DNA of 64,000 nucleotides from Octopus vulgaris (Eukaryota). The stretch covers positions 23,808,001 to 23,872,000 of the forward strand of contig OX597832.1 of NCBI GenBank assembly GCA_951406725.2, written 5' to 3'. The translations under genes were made by a program, and so were the position numbers. The notes under the pieces were generated by a model. That model did not search any database. It was given only the letters and a program-made list of their open reading frames with translations, and was not told the origin of the DNA. Each line of letters starts with the position of its first letter. The stretch's first letter is position 1. This document shows, piece by piece, positions 29,020-42,303 of the stretch.

Positions 29020-29289
29020 GGTACTACTTGAGAACAGCGGTCCCGGTGCGCGCACTCGCGTAACTAGCTAGTCCACGCTAGCTAGTCGTGACTAGTCGAT
29101 CCTACAACGACTACCTAGCAAAGTAAATAAAACACAAAATAAATAATTTTTTTGCACAAAATAAATAAAACACAAATTAAATAATTTTTTAAACAAAATA
29201 AATAACACAAAAACACAAAGTAAGGATCGACTAGTCACGACTAGCTACCGCGAGTGCGCGCACCGGGGCCAGTGTTCTCAAGTAGTACC
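29020..29289. mobile_element. Foldback/MITE with long GC-rich terminal inverted repeats
   Basis: GGTACTACTTGAGAACA..GGTGCGCGCACTCGCG..CTAGTCGTGACTAGTCGATCCT is mirrored at the other end around an A-rich, internally repeated spacer. Confidence 0.75.
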
Positions 29290-30264
29290 ACATATATATA
29301 TATATATATATATGCCTTTTTAATGGGTTGCGGTGTTGTCTTCTCTTCTAAGGCCTACTTAATACCGAGCTATCAGTAATGAAGTTTTTTAATAAATATG
29401 CCTTGATTTTTCAACTTCCTGTCTCATTTTCAGATCCCTGTGCAAGGTCAAAAGCACGCCCACATGAAAAACTTAACGATATATCATCCAGATTGTTCTA
29501 ATCTATTGTTACGTATTTTAACACGCTAGTGGTTCTGTGCTATATGTATAATTGAGGTGAAGTGGCTTAAGGGAGATAATTCATTCATTTCCTTGGTGCA
29601 ATGGATGTTAAAATACCTTGTAGATATATAAATATTATTACACCTTTCTCTCTCTCAATAGCTTCGACATCATTTGCCTCCAATAATGTAGACTAGTTCT
29701 CGTCATTATCATCGTTTAACGTCTGTTTTACACGTTGGCATTGGTTGGACGGTTTAATAGGTGCTGGCCATCCGGCAGGGTGCTGTTCAAACTCCAATTG
29801 TCTGTTGAGGCATGGTTTCTATGGCTGGATGCCCTTCCTAATTTTTATTTTATTTATGCGCCCTTTTCAAGCCTAGCCAGGCTCATGGGCCCAGTTTCCT
29901 GGTTTCTATGGCATATGTGTTCCTCCTAGCTGTACGGGTCGCCAGTCCATCGCAGCGTTACTCAAGAAACAGGAAGAAAGCGTGAGAGAAAGTTGGGGTG
30001 AAAGAGTACAACAGGGGTCGCCACCACCACCCGCCAGAGCCTCGTGGAGCTTTTAGGTGTTTTCGCTCAATAAACATACACAACGCCTGGTCTGGGAATC
30101 GAAACCGCGATCCTCCGACCGCAGTCCTACTGCGTGGCATCTTGGGCAAGTGTCTTCTACTATAGCCTCAGGCCGACAGAAACTGAAAGAAGCCCATCGT
30201 ATATGTGTGTATGTATATATGTATGTGTGTGTCTGTGTTTGTCCCCCCATCATCATCATCATCA

Positions 30265-30575
30265 TCATTGTTCGACCGTGGTTGAGACAATGGAATTTAC
30301 CATGCTACGCCAGACTTCACGGTCCATCATGGCATTACAGAGGTCCTGTTGCTGGATGCCTGTATCCCTGGAGATTACATCAGGGTAGGAGAGTGTGCAC
30401 CCTCTGGTATTGCGAGTAGATGGCTTCCAGAGGAGAAGAGTAGAAATTGCCTCGTTTTCAGCTCTACAGCAATGTCCAGCAAACTGGACTCTCCTACCTT
30501 TCACAAGAGATGACACAGGTGGTAGTTTCCCATATATTTGCATTTTGGTTGGATGGCGCTTCCACGAGATTTTGA
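30265..30575 (-). mobile_element. RTE-like LINE 3' end fragment
   Basis: Reads ISWKRHPT..IYGKLPPVS...RRVQFAGHCCR...AMMDREVWR, then a stop and a (TGA)n tail. Confidence 0.8.
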
Positions 30576-31960
30576 GCTCTCATAAGCTAAGCTTGTCCCC
30601 CCAACATCGCTTGACAACCAATGCTGGTGTGTTTGCATTCCCGTCACTTAGCAGTTCAGCAAAAGAAACCGATAGAATAAGTACTGGGCTTACAAAGAAC
30701 AAGTCCTGGGGTCGATTTGCTCGACTAAAGGCGGTGCTCCAGCATGACCACAGTCAAATGACTGAAACAAGTAAAAGAGTAAAGAGAAAGAGTACTGTTT
30801 GTGGATTTTCACCGATTGGGGGCTTTGGACCATAACACCCATGATAGTCGAGGGATTGTTGTACATCAAATAATATTACACTATGTTGCCTTACTGGCAC
30901 TTGTGCCTGTGCTAAAAGGGTGCCAAGAGCACCATCCGCGCGAGATCGTTGCCAGAGCAGCCAACTGGCTTCTGTACCCGTGGCATGTAAAAGGGCACCA
31001 TTCGAGCGTGATCATTACCAATGTCACTTCACTGGCATGTGTAAAAGGATTTGAGTGAGGTCATTGCCAATACCGCCTGACTGGGCACGTAAAAAGCACC
31101 CACTACACTCTCAGAGTGGTTGGCGCTAGGAAGGGCATCCAGCTGTAGAAACTCTGCCAGATCAAGATTGGAGCCTGGTGCAGCCATCTGGTTCACCAGT
31201 CCTCAGTCAAAATCGTTCAACCCATGCTAGCATGGAAAACGGACATTAAACGATGATGATGATGAATATTACACTATATAGTGGCTATTTAAGCAATGTG
31301 TTCATGGATAATTAAGGGGTTAAATTGGTGGTGATAAAGGGGCATTATCCATTTTCCATCTTTGATCTCATTGTTGTTTACATGTGGCGCCTCGGATATG
31401 AAATGTCAAAACAATCTCAGTGCTGGTTTTAATTTCTTTAGAAAATCTGGTGGCAGTGAAATTTCTTAGAGGTGCAAGTCTGGAGAATGGACATAGAGTA
31501 GAGATGCACAGCCAATTACTTTAGTTTGTTGTTTGTTCCTTCTCGAGCCATGCCTGGCTCATAAAGGGCCGGTTTCCCAGTTTCCTTGGCGTATAGGTTC
31601 CCCACCTGGACAGGATGCTGGTCCTTCGCAGGTGAGCTGCAAGATGCAGGAGGAAAGAGTGAGGGAAAGTTGTGGCAAAAGAGTCAGCAGAAGTTTGCAA
31701 TTACCTTCTGCCAGAGCTGCGTGGAACTTTGGTGTTTTCGCTCATAAACACACACATCGCCCGGTCTGAGATTCAAACCCGCGATCCCACAACCGCGAGT
31801 CCGCTGCTCTAACCACTAGGCCATGTGCCTCCACAATTACATTTGGATTTTTTCTTTTTGCATTTGTTTTAACTGAATCATCATTATTTTAATCCATTCT
31901 CTATGCTTGCATTGAATGATGATGATGATAATAATAATAATTTTCTGTTTGGTTTTGCAG

Positions 31961-32062
31961 GAAGCGCAATATCAATGGCTGCTGGAATTAGCACAGGTAC
32001 CCTGGCTGGAGTTGGTGCATACCAGATGTCTATGGACCATAAAAATGCTGGACTTAGCTTAT
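31961..32062 (+). CDS. TMEM14C: TMEM14C-like coding exon 2 (102 nt)
   Basis: ttttgcag acceptor. Reads (G)SAISMAAGISTGTLAGVGAYQMSMDHKNAGLSL, cf. TMEM14C [29 protein letters not shown]. Phase fits both neighbours. The donor T|gtaaac is weak. Confidence 0.88.
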
Positions 32063-32197
32063 GTAAACAGACCAAAATTTTTTTGTCTTTCTTATCACCA
32101 TTACCATCATCACCACCACCATCATCATCACCATCACCACAGTCATCTTCTAATGATTCGTTTGTTTTCTGTACTGACATAGGTTAAATGATTGTGC

Positions 32198-32459
32198 TAT
32201 TAGAAGAAATGAGGTACTCAGAAATCCTGATGGTTTTTATATTTACAGATATTTATTTGTATATCACATGTTTTTATACATCATTTTTCATATATTAGCA
32301 TTTTCGTCCATTCTAGTGGAGTTGTCAAATTGAACAGTTCAATTTAACAACTCCACTAGAATGGACGAAAATGCTAATATATGATATATGATAATATACA
32401 AATAAATATTTGTAAATATAAAACCATCAGGATTTCTGAGTACCTCATTTCTTCTAATA
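32198..32459. repeat. Near-perfect ~260-bp palindrome in TMEM14 intron 2
   Basis: TATTAGAAGAAATGAGGTACTCAGAAATCCTGATGG... is mirrored by ...CCATCAGGATTTCTGAGTACCTCATTTCTTCTAATA. Centre is TTGAACAGTTCAA. Confidence 0.92.
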
Positions 32460-32665
32460 TAAAATACCTGTACATCATCTCCAAACCTTCTAATATCATC
32501 ATCGTTTAACGTCCGTTTTCCATGCTAGCATGGGTTGGACGGTTCAACTGGGGTCTGGGAAGCCAGGAGGCTGCACCAGGCCCAGTCTGATCTGGCAGAG
32601 TTTCTACAGCTGGATGCCCTTCCTAACGCCAACCACTCCGAGAGTGTAGTGGGTGCTTTTTACGT

Positions 32666-32714
<49 letters not shown>

Positions 32715-32943
32715 CTCTAATTGTTTTGATCTTGTGTCCTTGCATAATGGTTGATTCAACATTCTTATATTATTACGATACATGAGTGATAACATATTGC
32801 TACTCACCTTCATGGGGGGGAACAGGCATGGCTGTGTAGTCAGAAGTTTGCTTCCCAACCACATGGCTCTGGGTTCAGTCCCATTGCATGGTACCTTCAG
32901 CAAGTATTTTTTCTACTATTGCTTCAGGCCAACCAATGTGGTA

Positions 32944-32974
<31 letters not shown>

Positions 32975-34062
32975 GTTTGTGTGTATGTGTGTGTATATAT
33001 ATATATATATATATGTTTGTGTGTATGTGTGTGTATATATATATATGTTTGTGTGTCTATGTTTGTCCTCCCATAATTGTTTGACAACTGATGTTGGTGT
33101 GTTTACATCCCTGTAACTTAGCAGTTTGGCAAAAGAGACTGATAGAATAAGTACTAGGCTTACAAAGGAAAACTCCTAGAGTTGATTTCTTTGACTAGAG
33201 GTGGTGCTGCAGCATGGCCGCAGTCAAATGACTGAAACAAGTAAAAGAATATATGTGTGTGTGTGTGTGTGTATTTATATATATATCAACACCAAAGTTG
33301 ATTTTGCCTTTCATCCTATTGAGGTCAAATAAGTACCAGTTATGCACTGGGGTCCATCTAATCAACTTAATCCCTTTGTCTGTTCTTGTTTGTCCCCGCT
33401 ATGTTTAGCCCCCTGTGGGCAATAAAGAAATAGAAATGTTGTAAAATTAAGGTGGCAAGCTGGCAGAATTGTTAGTACGCCAGGCAAAATGCGTAGCCAT
33501 ATTTCGTCTGCCGTTACGTTCTGAGTTCAAATTCGGCCAAGGTCGACTTTGCCTTTCATCCTTTCGTGGTCAATTAAATATGTACCAGTTTCGCACTGGG
33601 GTCGATATAATCGACTTAATCTGTTTGTCTATCCTTGTTTGTCCCCTCTGTGTGTAGCCCCTTGTGGGAAGTAAAGAAATAGGTATTTTATCTGTTGCTA
33701 CATTCTGTGTTCAAATTCCGCCGAGGTCAACTTTGCCTTTCATCCTTTCGAGGTCGATTAAATAAGTACCAGTTACGCACTGGGGTCGATATAATCGACT
33801 TAATCCGTTTGTCTATCCTTGTTTGTCCCCTCTGTGTGTAGCCCCTTGTGGGTAGTAAAGAAATAGGTATTTCATTTGTCGTTATGTTCTGGCATGGGTT
33901 GGACAGTTCACAAGGCTTTGGTCGGCCCGAGGCTATAATAGAAGACACTTGCCCAAGATGGCAAGCAGTGGGACTGAACTCGGAACCAGGTGGTTGGTAT
34001 GTAAGCTACTTACCACACAGCCACTCCTGCACCTACATTTATTTATCTTACCTTCTCTGCAG

Positions 34063-34150
34063 GTGTCAGCACTTTCATGACAGCTTTGATGGGGTACCGT
34101 TTCGCGATGACAAGGAAAATAATGCCAGCTGGTGTCATCGCAGCTGCAAG
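34063..34150 (+). CDS. TMEM14C: TMEM14C-like coding exon 3 (88 nt)
   Basis: ctctgcag acceptor and AG|gtatgt donor. Reads (C)VSTFMTALMGYRFAMTRKIMPAGVIAAA(S), containing the TMEM14 MG.RF....K.MPAG motif. Confidence 0.92.
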
Positions 34151-37100
34151 GTATGTCATCTGGATTTTATTTCTCTTTTTTTTTTTTTGTCACGTATTTA
34201 CTTGTATCAGTCATTGGAATGTGGCCATGCTGGAGCACTACCTCAAAGGATTTAATCTAACAAATTTTTTTATCTTTTACCCTTAACTTGCTTCAGTCAT
34301 TGGACTGCGGCCATGCTGGGGTACCGCCTTGAAGCGTTTTCAGTCAAAACAAACTGACCCCAGTACTTGTGTTTATTTAAGTCTGGTTCTATCGGTGGAA
34401 CCACTAAGTTACAAGGATGTAAACACACCAACACCGGTTGTCAAGTGGGGTAGGATAAACAGATGCAAAGACACATACACACACGACAGGCTTTTTTCAG
34501 TTTCTGTCCACCAAATCTTTGGTCCACCAAGGCTTTGGTCAGTTCAAGCTATAGTAAAAGATGCTTGCCCAAGGTACCATATCAGTGGGATTGAACCCAG
34601 AACGATGTGGTTGGGAAGCTTTCTTCTTACCACACAGCCACACCTCAATACTTTTTTTTTATTTTTTAATGGCTGTTATTCTATCAATCTTTATTTCCCA
34701 AACTTCTAAATTATGGGGATGTAAATAAACCAGTACTGGTTGTCAAACACAAAGATTTGCACACACACACACACACAGCAAGCTTCCATATAGTTTCCGT
34801 CTACCATATTCACTCGCCAGACATTGGTGAACTTAGAGATACAAGTAGAAGACACTTGTCCCAAATTCTGCTTGGTTGTGAAGCAAAGTTCCTCACCACA
34901 CAGCCATGCTTGCATCTTTACCCATGTGTCGTAAAGTACAAAGTACACATCCAGGAAACCAGACTTAGTTATTTGTGGTTATGTCTACAAGCTAAGCTTA
35001 CAATTCAACTTGCATTCTTGGAACCAGCAGTTTAGACTCACAGACTCTGCCAAGAATTTTGAGATTCTTTGTGTCTCTAAAAAACATTCTATTAACCGTT
35101 TAGCATTCAGATTACTCTGTCAAATCATCATCATTTAACGTCCACTTTCCATGCTAGCATGGGTTGGACGGTTCGACCAGGATCTGGGAAGCCAGAAGGC
35201 TGCACCTGGCCCAGTCTGATCTAGCAGTGTTTCTACAGCTGGATGCCCTTCCTAATGTCAACCACTCCGTGAGAGTAGTGGGTGCTTTTTACGTGGCATC
35301 GGCACGGTGCCAGGCGAGGCTGGCATAGGCCACAATCGATTGGTGCTTTTTATGTGCCACCGACACAGGTGCCAGGGGAGACTGGCATCGGCCACAATCG
35401 GTTGGTGCTTTTTACGTGCCACTGGCACGGATGTAATGTTTATTTATCTTCACATCATTTTTAATTAATCAAGCATCATCTTGTAGCTTCAAGATTCTGC
35501 AGTATGGATGGTGCTAGGAAGGGCATCCAGCTGTAAAAACCATGCCAAAGCAGACACACCCAAGTCTGGTGCAGGTTCTGTCAACTATTGGCCAGTTATT
35601 GTCAAACCATCCAACCCATGCCAGCATGGAAAGCAGACAATCAACGATGATGATTGTAGGGTAGGTGTGAGAGGCCTGATCTGGTTGAAGTAGACTATTT
35701 TGGCCAGATATAACTGGTTTCAGTTCTATAATTGGCAATGTTTCTTGCTATTTGTCCATTTTGCGAAGGGAAATAACTCTGATATTAGATTTATCTCCCT
35801 TGATTACTATATCCTACTTCGAGCAGTGGTTCTCCACCAAGATCCAGATGAGATTTTGTTACTAAAATTTATTTTCAATAAAATGGTTATACTTCTACAA
35901 TACACAAAATATATATTTTTTATATATATATATATAAATATATAAAGCACGACCTTCGAACGTTGGATCTCACAGAGGCAATGACGGAAGACCGAGACCT
36001 CTGGAGACATGCTGTGACTGCAAAGACCTGACAAATGATGTGAGTTCATGGCTGTCTCCTGCACCAGCTTCACATTGTAGCCCCAGCCCATCCAAAGTGC
36101 CTTGGATCGCAGGACGGCCTGCTGTACTTACCTTGGATCGTAGGGCGACCTGCTGTGCTTGAGGAGACCTGTTGAGTCAAGTACATCAACATCAAAAGAT
36201 CAAATGGAAATTGTAGTTGTGATACCTATGCTGGTGGCATGTAAAATGCACCATCCGTACATGGCCAATGCCAGCGCCGCCTTGACTGGCTTCCATGCCG
36301 GTGACACGTAAAAAGCACCTACCGACCGTGACTGTTGCCAGCCTACCCTGGCACGTAAAAAGCACTGTCCGTACGCAGCCAATGCCAGCGCCACCTTGAC
36401 TGGCTTCCGTGCCGGTGGCATGTAAAAAGCACCAACCAATTGTGGCTGTTGCCAGCCTCCCCTGGCACATAAAAAGCACCCACTACACCCATGGAGTGGT
36501 TGGCATTAGGAAGGACATCCAGCTGTAGAAACACTGCCAGATCAGACTGGAGCTTGGTGTGGCCTCTTGGCTTCCCAGACCCCGGTCGAACCTTCCAACC
36601 CATGCTAGCATAGAAAACGGACGTTAAACGATGATGATGATATATAAAATATAATAAATGCGCCCTTTTAAAGCCTAGCCAGGCTCATGGGCCCGGTTTC
36701 CCGGTTTCAATGGCGCATGTGTTCCCCAGCTGGATGGGACGCCAGTCCATCGCAGCATTACTCATTTTTGCCAGCTGAGTGAACTGGAGCAACGTGAAAT
36801 GAAGTGTTTTGCTCAAGAATACAACGCGTCGCCTGGTCCAGGAATCGAAACCACAATCTTACGATCATGGTGCTGACAACCTAACCACTAAGCCACATGC
36901 CTCCACATATATATATATACAATTCCTAAATATTTAATTATAAAAATACAACAGGATTTTTTTTTAAACCCTGGGATGGCTCTGAGGGGCCATCTGAGTA
37001 AAATGCAATCAAAGGGATCCATAAGTGGCGGGGGGACCTGGTTGAGAAACACTGACCGAGAGCATTACTTGTCAAAAGTTATCAGAACACAGAGACCAGG

Positions 37101-37209
37101 TCCAGATATCTCAAAGCATCTGCCAACTCACTGGCCATCTATTGGTTTCTGATTTAGGCACAAGGCCAGCAATGTATCAGAAGGTGGGGAGTTGGTTGAA
37201 ATTAGTAGA

Positions 37210-37548
37210 GTGCCAAGAGCACCATCCGAGCGTGATCGTTGCCAGAGCAGCCAACTGGCTTCCATGCCAGTGGCACCATTCGAGCGTGATCTTTACCAAC
37301 GTTGCCTTACTGGCACCTGTGCTGGTGGCATGTGTAAAAGGATTCGAGTGAGGTCGTTGCCAGTACCGCCTGACTGGCACGTAAAAAGCGCCCACTACAC
37401 TCTTGGAGTGGTTGGCGTTAGGAAGGGCATCCAGCTGTGAAAACTCTGCCAGATCATGACTGGAGCCTGGTGCAGCCATCTGGTTCGCCAGCCCTCAGTC
37501 AAAATCGTCCAACCCATGCTAGCATGGAAAGCGGACGTTAAACGATGA
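37210..37548 (+). mobile_element. SINE family D (Meta-like TGGCGTTAGGAAGGGCATCCAGC domain; GGACGTTAAACGATGATG tail), representative copy
   Basis: Other copies at about 30885-31265, 32495-32670(-), 35125-35430(-), 35955-36640, 39110-39440, 46010-46282(-) and 49330-49535(-). Several have internal ~60-bp tandem subunits (GGCACGTAAAAAGCACC). Confidence 0.8.
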
Positions 37549-37759
37549 CTTCATTACTGGTACTTTATTTTATCAAGCCCCAAAGGGACGAAAAGTAAAG
37601 TTTGATCTCAGCCAGCTTTCAATAAGGGGCTAAGGGCCATAAGAAATCTGTCAAATACTTCACCAATCTATTTACCTTCTGTTCGTTTGTTTTTCTAATA
37701 ATAATTAAACAAATAAAGCTCAAAAGCCATACATTTGTTTTTTCTATTTTTATTTCCAG

Positions 37760-37808
37760 CACACTTGTTTCACTTCGGAATGGTATGAACCTTTATATGA
37801 AGACTTGA
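37760..37808 (+). CDS. TMEM14C: TMEM14C-like last coding exon
   Basis: tttccag acceptor. Reads (S)TLVSLRNGMNLYMKT-TGA. The four exons total 315 nt = 104 aa plus stop. Confidence 0.8.
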
Positions 37809-37954
37809 AGAATTTGGTGCAAGAGAGGGGAACAATATCAATCATCATTAGTGAGGAACTCAATGTCCTGAAAGAGTAGGGGTGGGGAGAAAGAATTATA
37901 ATTAAAAAAGAAATCATTCGTTAATAGAACTTAATTGCTTCTCTGCTTTTTGAC

Positions 37955-37960
37955 AATAAA
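37955..37960 (+). promoter_or_regulatory. Candidate polyadenylation signal of the TMEM14C-like gene
   Basis: AATAAA about 150 nt after the stop codon, followed by T-rich sequence. Confidence 0.4.
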
Positions 37961-38270
37961 TTTTCTTTTTTTTAATCCAATGTATTTTTGAGTGGTTTGT
38001 CCTGTTTACCTTTTCAGAACTTATTGACATTGTCCAGGTATAAAGGATTTAATGAATATTGCTGTAGATTTAGAGAAAAGAAAAAAAAAAACATTTCTTT
38101 TAAGTACCATCAGACCAGTAGCATTTACAATCACCTATGACAATTCTGTAATATTTATAACACAATGTTGAATATCTCAAAACTTAAAATTTTGAGAGCT
38201 AGATACAGGCGGCAGTTTAAGAGGTATTTGGTGGTATTGGAAAATTTAATACTCAGTAGATTTTGTTTCC

Positions 38271-38587
38271 CTAATTTACAGCCGTTTCTCTAAGTAGCAG
38301 TGCACTCCGACATAAGTGCACTTGCAACATCTGATAGCTTCTTCAGAGCCATAGATAGTGTAGTATAGGAGGCAAAAATTGATAATGCTCAGAACTAAGT
38401 GCTTCTGCAGCATCTGATAGCTTCTTCAGAGCCATAGATATTGTAGTATAGGAGGCAAAAATTGATTAATGCTTATCAATTTTTGCCTTCTATACTACAA
38501 TATCTATGGCTCTGAAGAAGCTATCAGATGTTGCAGAAGCACTTAGCTCTGAGTGCACCGCTACTTAGAGAAACGGCTGTAAATTAG
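38271..38587. repeat. Palindrome with ~83-bp duplication in the left arm
   Basis: CTAATTTACAGCCGTTTCTCTAAGTAGC / GCTACTTAGAGAAACGGCTGTAAATTAG termini. CATCTGATAGCTTCTTCAGAGCCATAGATA..AAAAATTGAT occurs twice direct and once inverted. Confidence 0.9.
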
Positions 38588-40494
38588 TGAGGCTGATTAC
38601 ATAGCTCCTGTTCTTTTGTCATTCATTAATTATAATATGCTCTGTACTCACTTAAGGCTTTATTCTATACACCGATGCCTAAGCAAAATCATAAAATCTA
38701 TTATTTCTATGTATACATATTTGCATGTGTGTGGAGCATGCATTTAACCCTTCAAACATGGAAAGCAGAAATAACTGCTCGAAATTTAATTACTGTTAAC
38801 TGTGGGGAAATGGTTTTACCATATTGTTCAACTAAAGTTCTCTTTATGCAGGTGAGAAGTAGGGACACACCTCCAGTGGCACTTTACAAAAAGACAAGTT
38901 TTCAGATTTTTTTTTTTTTTCTTTTTGTAGATAATTAACATCGAAATAATCATGAAATTTAATCACACAGTCAAGAATTAATGCATTTCGTTTTCCAAAT
39001 ACTTAATCATTTAATATCCTTTCCACTATTGTCACAAGGCCTGAAATTTGGGGGAGGCGGGTAAGTTGATTACATCAACCCCAGTACTCAACTGGTACTT
39101 TAATTTATCAATCAACATCAATGGGAATTGTAGCTGTGATACCAGTGCCGATGGCACATAAGAGAACCATCTAAACATGGCCATTGCCAGCACCGCCCCG
39201 ACTGGCCTCCGTGCTGGTGGCATGTAAAATGCACCATCCGATTGTGGCCGTTGCCAGCCTCGCCTGGCACGTAAAAGGCACCCACTACACTCATGGAGTG
39301 GTTGGCGTTAGGAAGGGCATCCAGCTGTAGAAACACTGCCAGATTAGACTGGAGCCTGGTGCAGTCTTCTGGCTTCCCAGACCCCAGTTGAACCGTCCAA
39401 CTCATGCTAGCATGGAAAACGGACGTTAAACGATGATGAACCCCCGAAAGGATGAAAGGCAAAGTCAACCTTGGAACATAAAGATGGGTGAAATACTGGT
39501 AAGTATTTTGCCTGGCATACTTTTGGTTCTGCCACGCTCGCTGCCTTAATTATTCAATGCCACCAAATATTTCCAAAACAGGCCATTCTTTAAGCAATGC
39601 TCTGTGCACCTTTGTATTGACTGCAGAACAATATTAAGAATATATTGTTCTGTACAGAAATTCTTTCCTGAATAGCAAAGTATTTCCAAGCCGTTACACA
39701 AGTGTGTGTATGTGTGCACACGTGTGTTTGGTAACTAAGGAACTTCACAACCAAAAATTTCAAACATTCTCGTTAACTAATGAATATTCACAGATTTTAG
39801 CTAAAAGACAAACAAGTGTGTTTTAACACTAAGAATACAAGCTGTATAGTTTAGTTAAATTAATTCTATAATTAGTGATCTAACTAACTATCAAACTAAT
39901 TTACCATTTCACATATACCACACTTAATTAGTTCATTAAATCTACTGTCCTAAAAATGAATTTTTTTTTTTTTTTAAAAATGTATATCTGAATATTAACC
40001 AGTAAAGCACAAAAAGGATTTTTTTTTTAAAAAATGGCAATGTGTAACATTTACTTGCTAGAAAAGAACTTTTTTTTTTTAATACAACAATTAACACCAA
40101 AATACCAAAATACACTGGCAAAAGCTATTACAAATGAATTTCATTTAATTTGACAAAATCTAAACAATAAAACCAATTTTAAGTTCAACATAGTTTTGTT
40201 TTGCAGAGGTTTCTTTTTTTAGTTTTTTTTTAAATTTGTGCTTCTAATTACACCTTTCAGAAAATTTCTGATGCAATACATCACCTAGGTTTTAATTAAA
40301 ATTATCAACAATTAAGACAGTAAAATAACCTATTTGTTTACGTATATCAAACTGTTATTGAATTTTTTTTTTTTTTATGCAAAATTATAAATGATCTTAT
40401 TTTAAATATGAACACTAACCATTTTGGCACCAACCCATCCGAGACCTTCTCTGGCTATGATACAAACATCAGGCTTCAAAGTTTTCTAAATTAA

Positions 40495-40661
40495 CCCATA
40501 TATACCCCCTGGCTGCATTTTCCTACTTGTTTGGACCTGAACTTGCTAGGAAACATCTGATTTCCAGATTATGAAAGCTTACCATAACATTTGATCTAAA
40601 TACAGCGAAATCTTAAGACTTCATTGTTTTTTTTTTGTTTTTTTTAATGGGCATATATGGG
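40495..40661. mobile_element. piggyBac-type MITE (second family)
   Basis: TTAA|CCCATATATACCC ... GGGCATATATGGG|TTAA. Confidence 0.7.
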
Positions 40662-41602
40662 TTAAAAACTTCCTTCAAAATTTCAATTTATGTTCCAGAC
40701 TCCAGCTTAATAATGACAAAGTTAGTTCACTCAATTCATTATTTTCAAAATTAATAGAAACGAAAGTAGAATATTTCAACAGAAATACGGTAAGGAAACG
40801 GTTAAAACTTTTTTTTTTTTCGCAGTGTTAGACCAAAGGCAGTCTCAAGGATGATGATGATGATGATGATGGGGAGGTTAACAAGCAGACAGAGAAAAAG
40901 ATTGTTAACTCTGTTTTGCCAAATTTTAACTTCTGCTGTTTGATAAAAATAAAATCTGATAAAAAGATTTGATTTTTATCAAAGTTACCTAAATCATTAC
41001 TATTCTATATTTATTAGTTTTAGTAAGGAGCAGGCAGCAACTGGGAAAGGCTTAATTTTACACTAATTAACAATTATAATGTTAATCGTTAGTCCTTCAG
41101 CATTTAAGCCGATCATATTTGGCCTGTATATTCTGCCTGTTTTACATTCGAACTGGCCAGATCAGGTCTCTTGCACCTACCCTACAATGCCATCGAAATC
41201 TTGATGCTATGAAATAATGCCTGATGAATCCAAGACAATGTGAATAAATATGCATTACACTTGACAGAATAATCTGAACATGGTTAAAAGGATTAAAGAA
41301 CTTAAAAAACATGGTTAACAGAAGAATTTAGAAAAAAAAAAAAAAAATACTAATAATAATAATAATGAAGTAATGAGGACTAAAGAAATGAAGCAAAAAA
41401 CAAAAATCTACAACTAAGGCTTCACCGGAAATTTCTCAGCAAAACTAAACAACGCAATGATATGAAAACTCAAATCTATCAAAAATTTTTTCTTCGGTTT
41501 CTAAGTTTAAATTGATTGATACCATGTTTAGTAAATAGCTCCCTACAATAAACACACTATATATATTGTATATATATAAACACACTACATACATATACGC
41601 AT

Positions 41603-41634
<32 letters not shown>

Positions 41635-41706
41635 GTATATATTGGTAAAAACGGTAAGATAACAAAAGAAAGAAAGAGACCTCAATATTATGTAAATAGA
41701 GGAATT

Positions 41707-41882
41707 TATCTGTAAATGTCATATGTGACAATTATTCGGTAGCCAAGATAAAACTCTGAGTTTCGGATGCCGAAGTGGAAATCCATGCCACCATCTCTTC
41801 AGATGGTGGCGTGAATTTCCACTTCGGCATCCGAAACTCAGTTTTATCTTGGCTACCCAATAATTGTCACATATTACAGATA
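41707..41882. repeat. ~175-bp palindrome
   Basis: ATATGTGACAATTATT..GAGTTTCGGATGCCGAAGTGGAAAT..GCCACCATCT is mirrored around CTTC. Confidence 0.9.
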
Positions 41883-42303
41883 TGTATATATATATATATA
41901 TATACACACACATACATACATACATGTGTTTGTGCACACACAATACTGATGATTTTTGTAGAAAAAAAACTTTTGAAAGATTGTGCTCTCTTCATTTGGT
42001 AATCTTAAATCTGATAAAATATAAATCATAAAATAATGTTACCGTATGCTAATGTATAAAAGATCGAAGTTACTGTGTATGCATGTGCGCACATTAGCCT
42101 TTTAGCGTCCAATGTTTTCATGCTTGTATGGAACAGATGCAATTTGTTGAGACAGATTTTCACTCTAGTCGGATGCCTTACCTGTTGCCAACCCTCCTCT
42201 GTTCCCTAGCAAGATGAATTTTCCCAGCAATGGCTGGACACGTTCCCAAGGAAGATAGCAAACGATGTCACTGGTTTTAAAAGTATCACTCATTTACAAG
42301 TAG

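Noticed and set aside
29410-29450. Possible 13-nt cassette exon (ttttcag ATCCCTGTGCAAG gtcaaa) in TMEM14 intron 1
   Set aside because: The donor is weak, it would shift the frame, and exons 1 and 2 already join correctly.
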